A DNA stretch of 64,000 nucleotides from Octopus sinensis (taxonomy: Eukaryota), in assembly GCF_006345805.1 (NCBI RefSeq), contig NC_042999.1, positions 81,654,001 to 81,718,000 on the forward strand, given 5' to 3'. The position numbers and the translations under genes were made by a program. The notes under the pieces were generated by a model. It saw only the letters and a program-made list of their open reading frames with translations. It did not search any database and had not been told where the DNA came from. Below, in pieces: positions 14,176-24,815 of the stretch (positions are counted from its first letter, which is position 1; every line of letters begins with the position of its first letter).

Positions 14176-15240
14176 AGGGAGAAAGTGAGAGAGAGTGTAT
14201 GTGTTTTATGTGTGTATGTGTGCGCGCGCGCGTGTGTGTGAGCCTATGTATCTGAAAGGAAGAGTTTTGAACAAGAGATAAAGAAATCGAATATATATTT
14301 CTTATGTAGGTGGCTAGAACAGATGTTTACTGTGGTTCAGCTAGCTCACCGGGAGGTGTCTGAAGGAAAAATGTTTTCAAAGTGAAAAAATGTGCAAAAT
14401 TACTATTGCTCCACCTTTGCCAGCTTCTTTTAAGAATTAAAGAAACAGATTACTACAAAGAAAGATATTAGAGATTTTTAACAACCAGATACACTATAAA
14501 GATGAATCAACACACCCGGAGAAAGCAACATTAAAAATATCGGAATATTAGTCAATGAATACCAGGGCTCCTTTACAGACAAGGAGAAAAAGTATTTATG
14601 GAACTCAAGAACCAAAGAAGCAATTATTATGGACTACCTAAAGCTCATAAAAGCTCTGAAATACAGAGAGCCATAAAAGAACAGATTAGCCATTATATAA
14701 GAATACAAAGACCCACGAACCTCACAGTGTGACCAATAGTTGCAGGGCCCCTAGCAACAACACAACAACTACACCACTTCATAGATATACTCCTCAAACC
14801 TTTATGCCCACTGATACCAAGCTACATAAGGGATGACATAGACTTTCTCACACACATTCCAAATACTTTTCCATATTACCAGATGTAGCAAATTTATACA
14901 CGAACATGCCACACACCCTGGGTCTGGAGGCGATAAAACACTAGGTAGAAAACTACAGGTAATTGGGTATCAAACTACAGGGAATTCATAGATAAACGCT
15001 TCAAAACAGATTTTATCACCAAAGCCACCCAATTAATACTTGAAGAAAACATTCACATTTAACAACAAGACATACCGACAGATAAAGGGCACGACTATCG
15101 GTACGAAATTCGCACCTTCATATGCCAACCTGGTTATGGGTTTCCTTGAGAACAAACTATACGAGGAAATGGGAAAAATCTTCGAACATGACTTCAGAGA
15201 AGGCAACAAGAAGACGTGGATTCGCTACCTCGATGACTGT

Positions 15241-15272
<32 letters not shown>

Positions 15273-15808
15273 ATACATAGATACATTCGTGCATCCAGAT
15301 TTTCCAACCCATACAGACATGAGAATCAAACATTGGACAATGACGATGATGATGATAATAAGTCCAGACAAATGTTTTGAAAAACAACTTTCATTATTCA
15401 TCATCAAAACGAACCCCCCTTAGAGTAACCACCTGGTCTTGCCATTTTCATGGACCAAGAATCAACTTGTCATCTTCTATTGAAAGAACTGACCAACTAT
15501 ATAGATATAAACATATTTTTCTCTTTCTTTCTTCTTTCCTTTCTTTGCTTCTCTTTTCCGTTGACATAAAGAAAAAACATTTTTTTACTTTGAAGCATTT
15601 TTCCTTCAGACATGCTCCCGTGAGCTGACTGAACCAAAGTAAGCATCTGTTCTAGCCACCTACATAAAAATATAGATTCCCTTCTTATTTCTTGTTCAAA
15701 ACACTTCCTTTCAGATACATAGGCACGCGTGCGCGCACGCATACGCACACACACACACACAAAGACACACACACACAAAGACACACACTCTCTCTCACTT
15801 TCTCCCTC
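14176..15808. repeat. Diverged inverted repeats (about 14176-14393 and 15576-15808) flanking the PLE RT fragment
   Basis: GCCTATGTATCTGAAAGGAAG...TATGTAGGTGGCTAGAACAGATG...GTCTGAAGGAAAAATG occurs in opposite orientations, with several substitutions. Confidence 0.8.
14430..15250 (+). pseudogene. Penelope-like reverse transcriptase fragment
   Basis: YGLPKAHK, PIVAGP, SYIRDDIDFL, VANLYTN, then FTFNNKTYRQIKGTTIGTKFAPSYANLVMGFLE...WIRYLDDCFI; ends at a (GT)n tract. Confidence 0.9.
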
Positions 15809-15849
15809 TCGGATTTCTCTCTTAAAATTTACCTGCAATAAACGATATA

Positions 15850-16790
15850 TACTTCAGGGCATGGTTCTAGTATCATTATTATTTGTCACCACCCAAACAG
15901 GTTTAAGCTCACAAGTAAACTCGGCTAATCTCACAAGCTACGTTGATAACACAAAAATATCGATGGTTACCCAAACTCCAGAAGATGCCACCAAACTTCA
16001 AAATGTTCTAAGCCTCATTTATCAATAGGACCATAAAAAGAACGTGAAATTTAACAATTCAGGATTTCAGGTTCGGCAATACGGAGGGAATGCATAGGAA
16101 CCAAATTGTCTGACACCAGATTATACTATGATTCAAAGTGCTAATGATATACGGAATTTAGGAGTAATCGTTTCAGTTGCTGCATCTTTCATCAGCTACT
16201 TCACTAAACTGACCTCTGAATGCAAACTTCTCATCGGATGAGTCCTGCGAACCTTCATCAATAAAGAACCGGTAGTTATGCTGACTCTATGGGAAAAAAA
16301 TTAGTTCTGAACAGATTAGATTAATGCTCATCGCTATGGTTTCCAAATTCTTCCGGTATCATAGGAGAAAACGCTCGCTCGTAAAACAAATCTCAAATAA
16401 AAGTCTTAATTACTACGAACGGCTGCGTCTCTAATCTCTTTGGCGCCGAAGAAAGATATATACTATCATATCCATATTGAAGATTCTGTGTGTGTGTGTG
16501 CGTGTGTGTGTAGTGGTGGGGTGCAGATATTCCGAATTTCGGCACTACAGAACACTATCAGCTTGCAGTTATTCCACTTTCGAAATCATAAGCAAAACAA
16601 GACTCGTACCACTCTGATAGCTAGAGGCCTCAGTTGTTCAACTGTCTACGTAAAGAGATCCAGAAATATCCGGAACCTCTACTGAAACATTCGTAACAAT
16701 AATTCGATAAACTCCTAGCGACGATACATGACCAGTCATCGGTCAAGAATACGCTCAAGAAAGATCAGCTGTTAAAAATTCAATCATACA
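15850..16790 (+). mobile_element. Degenerate CR1/L2-like LINE RT and C-terminal fragment
   Basis: LQGMVLVSLLF...LTSYVDNTKI (PQG..LGP.LF / YADDTK), RNLGVIVS, GW-like VLRTF..KEP..MLTL, PQLFNCL.KEI; many stops and frameshifts. Confidence 0.7.
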
Positions 16791-17082
16791 TCAACTGTCA
16801 AACATAAAGCAACGAAAAAAAAGACAGAAAAACATTAAATTAAGGCACTACACTAGAATGGCTGGAGTTTGAAACCACTAACCCGATAAAAGAATATAAA
16901 TACAAATATTTTCCTGCCAAATCTCATGCCACATGCGCAAAAAACTTTGAGTGGGAGGTGCCACCACACTTCCTCTGCATCATGCAAGATTTTCGCACCG
17001 GGGAACTGCGTCAATTCTAGGTTGATATACCTAGAGTACAGAGGTGTAGGGTACGCTCGTAATTTTTTTTTTTTTTAGGAAG

Positions 17083-17795
17083 ATGACTGAATGTATCGTG
17101 CAGAGTTATTGCATCAAATTTTGACAACATCTGGGTGAGACTCAAGCACAAACCATCCAGAAAATTTAACAAAACTCTAGCGATGATGCCATGGGAAATA
17201 CTTAGAGCAGGGATTGGTACAAATACTTCAAACATGGCCGCACCTCAGTGGAGAGCGAGGCATGATCCGGTAGGCAAACCAGAAGCCAAAAGGGGAGCCC
17301 GCTGAGAAGATTTCGTGAATAACAATGGAAGACCGTAGTGCCACAACTCAGGAAATTACTCACGTAGTGAGAATCAAATTAGGATCAGTGCCTTTCGTTG
17401 TAACGGAGGATTTGTGGATACGCAGCTTGGCGACGGAAAATTAAATTAGGATTCTTTTTGAACGCACCTCGTAATCAAAGTTTTACGGATCAAGAGAAAC
17501 ACACAACATGTCTCAACTGCTCCGGCTTGACCCGTGTAGCTTTTGGTTCTTCTGCAAACTAAAAACTATGCTGAAGTCGAAGGGATTTGGGTTGCGAGGG
17601 AGGAAATTAGGAAAAGGGACGGTAGAGCTCCCTAGCAATTCCACAAAAGGCGTTCCAGTATGTTACCAGTAATGGCAGTACCGTTTAAACAAGTGTATGA
17701 ACTTTAAAGGTAAGTATATTTAATGTAATTAAATAAAATGTGTGCTCTATTATTTTTTGAATGCTCATGGTTGGGTATTTTGAACGCACTCTGTA
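17083..17795 (+). mobile_element. Degenerate, internally deleted mariner-type transposon
   Basis: MTECIVQSYCIKF..LGETQAQTI...DDAMG...WYKYFKHGRTSVESE; LDPCSFWFFCKLKTMLK (SPDLAPCDF-like); right end TTTTGAACGCACTCTGTA followed by TA. Confidence 0.75.
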
Positions 17796-18486
17796 TATAT
17801 ACATACATATATAAAGCATGGCAGAGTATTAAATCTTGTGGGTAAGTATCGTCTGTATATGTGTATGTGTGTGTGTTTGTGCATGTGTGTATGTATGTGT
17901 GTGCACGCCGTGATAAAGGCGTAGTTTTGTATATGCGAAAGAACATTCTTATAGAAAAGAATATTATAGCTATCATCAAAACAGCCAAGTGTTATGACGT
18001 GGTATCATATGCACCACACTCATTGTTAAATCGGTGACGCACATTGAATCAAATTCAGTGAGCGAAATATCTAAACACCTACAATTCCTCACACTAGAAT
18101 AAGCTGTTAATGTTAGCCTTATACTTATTGTACGGTAAATGGTAAGATAATCAAAAGTATAATGATCTCTATACGCATATTGAAATAATACTCTACTTGT
18201 TGAAAAAGTCCATCAGTAATCAGCATAAATTCAAAGTAATTTAATGTTTTCTATGAAAATCATATTCCACTTGTCTACAATATGCGGCGCTAAAGTATAT
18301 GAACATCATTACATCCAGCATATATCACTTTAAAGGTCTGGAAATTGTGATGATTTTTGCGATGTTTCTAGTATTCCAAACTATCGGGAAACGACTCTTA
18401 GAAAAATGCGAAAATTTCTCTTTAAAATAGAGGTCGCAGGCGTACTTTCCAGAACGCACTGTAATATTTCCTTTGAAGTCGGTACA

Positions 18487-18525
<39 letters not shown>

Positions 18526-19671
18526 ATGTGCGCGTGTGTCTACATGTGAGTGTGTTTCAGTTTGAATTGGTGATACACATACGTTTTATTATAATTAGTG
18601 TGATAATATTTACTTTCCTTTCATAGATTTTGCGTATATCGTATAAAATTTCTTTATTTTATAAAATTAGGATGAACGAATAATAAATGCTTTGAACATC
18701 CATATCTCTCTGAAAAGTTGAAAGGAATATATATCGTTTAACTGGAGATCAAAATATTCAAGAATTAAATTAATTTCAACAGTGGCTAGGCTAGGTTTGA
18801 CCCTTCCGTATATGTGTACATGATTAAGGAAATTGTATGGTGTTAATACAGTCTTGCTACACCTTGTTTAAAGAAATTGTAAACATACATTTGCTGTTCA
18901 ATGGAAGATTAACAGAAAATAAATTAAATGTAATTGTTGAATTTATTGATCGTAAAGCAGTGTAAATATTCTTGAAAAATCCTCTAATTGAATGTTACAA
19001 TTCTCATGTATATAATGATGTGAATCCATGATCCCTGATGTCGCTGAAACTTATTAGCAGCTAATGAATATGAAAGACCAGAGCCCGTATGCGAGATCTA
19101 ATGAATACAAGTATATAAGTTGTACAAACCATTAATGAGTGAAGTGCAAAAACTAGCAGATGACATATATTCAGACTTATTCATGAATAAGTTCACGCTG
19201 AAGTATATCCTTAAAGTACTCTCAGCTCCTATATTTGTTTACTTGTATTAGGATATTTTACAGTGTCCCTATAAAGTATCTGGCCGACGCGACACCACTG
19301 CAATGTTTCTAAAAGCCAAACAGAAGTGGTTTTGATATGATGCCATTGACTAAGCTGCGTGGTGTTCAACTGCTTCTTTTGTAGGTATTTAGGTAAGTTT
19401 ACAATTGTTGGAATACCATAAATGTTTGAATTACAGATTTGATTATTTTAAACATTAAAAAGTGAAATTTAAAATTCAATAAGGATTTAACATTTTCAAA
19501 AGTTTATCAACGCGTAAGAGTATCATAATTAATCAACAAATGGAGATGAACATCTTATAGCTCCGTAAACATCGTACATACCCGCAGACTTTACTAAACT
19601 GAACAATTTAGGTAGTTTATCTAGACGTTATCACAATTGTGCATTTACATTTATGTTATTAATATTTATTT

Positions 19672-20308
19672 TAGGCGGTAAGCTGGTAGAAACGTTAGCA
19701 CGCCAGGCGAAATGCGTAGTCGTATTTCGTATGCCGTTACGTTCTCAGTTCAAACTCCGCCGAGGTCGACTTTGCCTTTCATCTTTTCGGGGTCGATAAA
19801 TTAAGTACCAGTTACGCACTGAGGTCGACATAATTGACTTAATCCGTTTGTCTGTCCTTGTTTGTCCTCTCTGTGTTTAGCCCCTTGTGTTTAGTAAAGA
19901 AACGGGTATTTCGTCTGCCGTTACGTTCTAAGTTCAAATTCCGTCGATGTCGACCTTACCTTTCATTTTTACGGGGTCGATAAATTAAGTACCAGTTACG
20001 CACTGAGGTCGACATAATTGACTTAATCCGTTTGTCTGTCCTTGTTTGTCCTCTCTGTGTTTAGCCCCTTGTGTGTAGTAAAGAAACGGTTATTTCGTCT
20101 GCCGTTACGTTCTAAGTTCAAATTCCGTCGATGTCGACATTACCTTTCATTTTTACGGGGTCGATAAATTAAGTACCAGTTACGCACTGGGGTCGATATA
20201 ATGGACTTAATCCGTTTGTCTGTCCTTGTTTGAACTCTTTGTGTTTAGCCCCTTGTGGGTAATAAAGAAATAGGTATTTCGTCTGCTGTTAGGTTCTGAA
20301 TTCAAACT
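19672..20308 (+). mobile_element. SINE family B: one head followed by three tandem 184-bp body units and a partial fourth
   Basis: Unit starts GTATTTCGT at 19722, 19906, 20090 and 20274. Confidence 0.9.
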
Positions 20309-20324
20309 TTTGAAGAGGAGGCCA

Positions 20325-20492
20325 CATGATCAAATCGGCCCCAGTACGCAACTGGTACATCATTTCTTGATCCGAAAGTATGAAAGGCAAAATCGACCTC
20401 GGCGCAATTTCAACTCAGAACGTAAAGACAGACGAAATACTGCTAAATGTTTCGTGCAGAATGCTAAAGTTTCTGCCAGCTCACCGCCTTAA
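20325..20492 (-). mobile_element. SINE family B copy, opposite orientation
   Basis: GAAAGGCAAAATCGACCTCGGCG...CTCAGAACGTAAAGACAGACGAAATAC...TTCTGCCAGCTCACCGCCTTAA is the reverse complement of the family B head. Confidence 0.8.
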
Positions 20493-21079
20493 ACCAAATA
20501 AATATTGAATATAAATTCGTCTTAGAGATTTCAATTATTTTTACCCTGCTGTAGATTAAGAAGCAATAAGTTTAAAGAGAATGACAAAGCTGATATGATT
20601 AAGAAATTTTTGAAGATTGTTCCTTTGATTCCAAAACTAACATGATATAATAGTAGTCCGTGATGTATACTATTAACATAGAAAATGATCAATCACCTAC
20701 AATTCTTTCGATATTATTTATTTTTATGTTTCTCATGCTCTCTCCATAAATGACGATTTCACATTTGTCTTAGAATCTCATTTATTGAAGTGTCATTTAA
20801 TATATAATATTATAATTGTCATATTCTAGTTAGTCAATGTTACTCCAGACGTAGGAGGATGCCAATAATTGCTACGTAGATGGCTGAAGAGAAACAGAAG
20901 CAACAATTGTAGTGTTTAAAATTTTCTTGAGCGTATGAAAATTGGATTTGAAACAATGAGAGGGTTTTCGGGCCAGGGTTAATTAACCGTATGATTAATC
21001 TAATTCTGCGATGGTTGAAATTTCAAACTAACCAGAGTGAGAGGAACAGAGAGAGAAAGGGAGAGAAAGAGAGAAAGAA

Positions 21080-21115
<36 letters not shown>

Positions 21116-22683
21116 AATAGTGGGAAATAGACAGTGACCAGGAAAAGGTAATTCAGTTTTTGATAGCGAATCGGCGTCGAGTGAAAGAGCAAAGAAGTAA
21201 ATTTGTTGACTTACATCTTATAAGATCGAGAAGTTTCATGTATTTTGCAACAAGCATGCCAGAACAATGAAAGTAATTGCTAACCGTGGGGTGAAGATCA
21301 GAAAAAAACACACGCATGGCTATACACACAAACACACACAAACACACACACACACACACGCACACACGCACAATGAAATGAATTCAAAGAAACGCTAGCT
21401 CACACACATGAACACTCACGGACAAACACATACACATACAAACACACATCATATAAAAACACGCACACAAACATACATGTATGTTCTATATGGATAAGGC
21501 TTTTTGAAGAAGATTTGTTCTTCAGATATTTTATCGAAGAAATTAGGTAGTACGCACACCCTCTCTCCTTTTCCCTCTCTTCTTATCTCTTTCCCGATGC
21601 CCACTCTCTCTTTCACGTTCTCTCTTCTTGAAAGTACTATGAAAGACATGAAAGATTAAATTGTTGGGGAACATGATTTTATACGGAATGTGCACAAAAG
21701 GTCTGTTGAAATTTAGAAAAGAAGAAAAATTAATACCAGGAGAAATTAGGAGCTAATGAATAGGAAAAATGAAATATTATACGAAAGAAAATCTAAATTG
21801 CACAAAAACGTTGAAAGAATAGCACAAATTTTTAATTACGAATGTGACAAACAAATAATATTTTATTAGATGTGGGACTAGAAAACAAGCACACATTTGT
21901 AAGTGTTATAGATATAGAGTACTTATGTTCATAATGAGGCTTGCACAAATATTGGTTTGTGTAGATTTTACCGAAATTAGTTTCAGAATATTTGACAAGA
22001 AGTTAACAGAATAGGTGCTTGACTAAAACGATGTCACAGGAACAAATATATCTTCAGTGAAAAACAACATAAAGAAACGTGAGAAGTAATGAAATATGAA
22101 ATGGAATTAGTTTAAAATTCAAACTAATATAAAATATATCCGTTATCTGTTATATATTATTATATACATTATTTCAGAAAAAAAGTATATGAATGAAAAT
22201 AGAAGAGGAAATTTAACATAGAATCATAGTGGTGTTATATAGCTATCGACCTCATTTTTACCACGCACGTACATACACACCCACGAATACACATACATAG
22301 ATTCAGTTGTATGAGTATATATAAAAACAATTAGAAATTAAACTGAAAAATTAATACTTATTAGCAGATTAATACAGATTTAATAAAAAGTTTAGATTGA
22401 AACAGTGATTATGCAACTATTTGTTTGCTTAATGAGATCTAGTTGTGTTTCCTAAGGTGATATACGAGTGTTGTCTCCGTTAGCTTAATATCCAATTTCT
22501 TCAATTTTACATCCACGCACGGCGAATGACCAAACTTCAGCTGTGAAGTATATAATACTACTACTGATAGTACATGGTAATTCTGAACGTGGCCGTGCTT
22601 TATACTGTACACTACCACGTTTCTAACGGAATACAATATAACTATATATATAGGCGTGACCGTGTGGTAAGAAGCTTGCTTCC

Positions 22684-23856
22684 GCGCATGCATTGTCTAA
22701 TAGTTGTTGTGTGAATTTGTTGAGAGTCGGTTTTATCGTGCTGCTTAGAAAGTGTATTCATACCTTAGCGGGTCTGAGTTGTCTTCAGCAGAGGAGGAGC
22801 TGGTAAGAGTGGTCGTAAAGATGGACGGAGTGTTGGAGAAGACATGCTGAAGTCACGGAGATGATACGAAGGGAGTTAGACTTGGTAGCTGGTCTGATGG
22901 CGTATGAGAAGATGGTACAGAAGGTGGCCGGCGACTTCCCCAAAAGGAATTATGGAGCGGAGTGAGAGAAACACGATCATCTATAAGGTGTTCTCGTTAA
23001 ACGGTGTTCTTGTAAAAAGGTCAAGCAGGTAGAAACTGAAATGGAAAAGGCGCTAAGGGAGCGGTCAAAGGAAATAACATACATAACTAAAAGAAGGAGA
23101 TATAGGACAATAGTCGTCCAGTTTAGGACAGTAGTGGTGGCGAGAAGGCTGGCGACTGTAGCGGTGAAAATAGAAGTAGTGCTTCTGCACGCATACATTG
23201 GAAGAAAGACTTCCAAGGTAAGGATAGTAGCAGTCCCACCTGATATAGAATGGGCTTGGGTGGCGACGGCTGCCCTTATTGGAAGTGAGGAGATAGTGGC
23301 TGTCCTTCAAGCCACAGAAACGGAAAAAGGAGGGTAGAAAGAGAAGATACTAGAACTAATTATACAGGCGGAGGAACAGCATGTGGAGAGTTTGGAAGAG
23401 ACGGTGACGTTGGAGGAAATTGTGCTGAGAGTATGGCTAGAGGGCAGAGTACCATGTTGTTTTAAATGTGGCCAAACGTGTCACATTAGCGCATACTGCC
23501 CTCTACAAAGGACAATAACAGAGGAAACATTTGTGGCGACGGAAGAGAAAAGAGAGGAAGAAAAGACAGACGGAGGAAAGGAGGAAAAGGAGGCAGAATG
23601 GAGAATAACAGAAAGTAGAAGGAAGAGACGAAAAGAAAGAACACTGAGTCTGATGTGGTACCCAGCCCAACTCCATCCCACCCAAGACCACTCAGACCCA
23701 TCCATGCTATCATAATTTTAATTTGATTCCATGTTCATTTTCATGTGTCATTCATATCATATTATATTTTTATATATTTCTAATTGTTTAATGTCACCAC
23801 ATATATTGTAGTGTCCCCTATATGTAATGCCTTTATGGTAAAAATATTGAAATAAA
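22684..23856 (+). mobile_element. ORF1-only (half-LINE-like) retro-insertion E1 with TSD GAAGCTTGCTTCC (22671-22683 / 23857-23869)
   Basis: Perfect TSD of 13 bp (15 bp with the preceding AA). Starts GCGCATGC and ends TTGAAATAAA. Disrupted ORF with PPDIEWAWV and LEGRVPCCFKCGQTCHISAYCP; no RT or endonuclease motifs seen. Confidence 0.85.
22952..23715 (+). pseudogene. LINE ORF1-like nucleic-acid-binding protein with CCHC-type zinc knuckle (E1)
   Basis: ORFs 23041..23337 and 23383..23715 share a frame and are separated by one TAG; upstream MERSERNTIIYKVFS lies in a shifted frame. Confidence 0.7.
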
Positions 23857-24815
23857 GAAGCTTGCTTCCCAACCATATGGTTCCGCGATCAGCCCCACTG
23901 TGTGGCACATTGGACAAATGTCTTCTGCTATAGCCTCGGGCCGACCAAAACCTTTTGAGTGGATTTGGAAGACGGAAAGTGTCATTAATATGTGTGTGTG
24001 TGTGTATGTTTGTGTATCTGTGCTTGTCCCTCCATATTCGCTTGACAACTGATGATCGTGTGTTTACGTCCCCGTAACTAAGTGGTTCGGCAAAAGAGAC
24101 GATAGAATAGTACTAGAATTATAAAGAATAAGTCTGTTCGACTAAAGGGGGTACTCCAGCATGGCAGCAGTTATATAGATTAAACAAATAAAAGAATAAC
24201 AAGAATAATAGAATACACACACAAATATATATATATTTATTATATATGTGTATATATATGTAATAATAGAAATAATATATATATAACTAATGTAGGATAA
24301 ATATTTCTTTTCCAGAAAAATTTTTTATCAATGGCCAGCATATCAAAAAATACCTTTAAATGTTAAATTTATAAATAATTTACAAAATGAGGGCAAAAGA
24401 AAAATTCTAATGCCAAATATGCCGAAAAAAAAGACAAAAATTGTCAATAACCATTGTAATTTATGCGTCTCGAAACAAACCGATAGAAATTTCTAAAAAA
24501 TCCGTTATTACCGTATTGGTCCCAATTTCGGGGTTAATTCATAAGAATTCTCCCCTCTTCAACGATAAATACGCGAGATATAAGTGAAATACTCATACCC
24601 ATGGAAAAAGCAAGCACTAAGTCCTGAGCAGACCTAAGTACCCGAAATATATCTAAAATAGAAAATCTTCGGCACATCTCGAGACACGTGTGATTCGAAC
24701 TAGAAACTTTCACAGAGTGAGAGAATCCGGAAGTGAACACTATTAAATTTATAACTAATGTACGATAAATTTATAACTAATGTAGGAGTAGCTGTGTGGT
24801 AAGTAGCTTGCTAAC

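Larger units (their letters stand above)
22652..24198 (+). mobile_element. tRNA-derived SINE family A, copy 1, split by a 1173-bp insertion
   Basis: Head AGGCGTGACCGTGTGGTAAGAAGCTTGCTTCC (22652-22683) resumes as CAACCATATGGTTCC...CTGCTATAGCCTCGGGCCGACC at 23870. Confidence 0.9.

Noticed and set aside
14350-14395. CTGAAGG motif in the 14.2/15.6-kb arms and in the 8.3/9.4-kb arms
   Set aside because: No paired stem II followed by GAAAC, so not called as ribozymes.
19722-20308. Regularly spaced repeats resembling a CRISPR array
   Set aside because: Whole 184-bp units repeat with no unique spacers, in a eukaryotic context with no cas genes.
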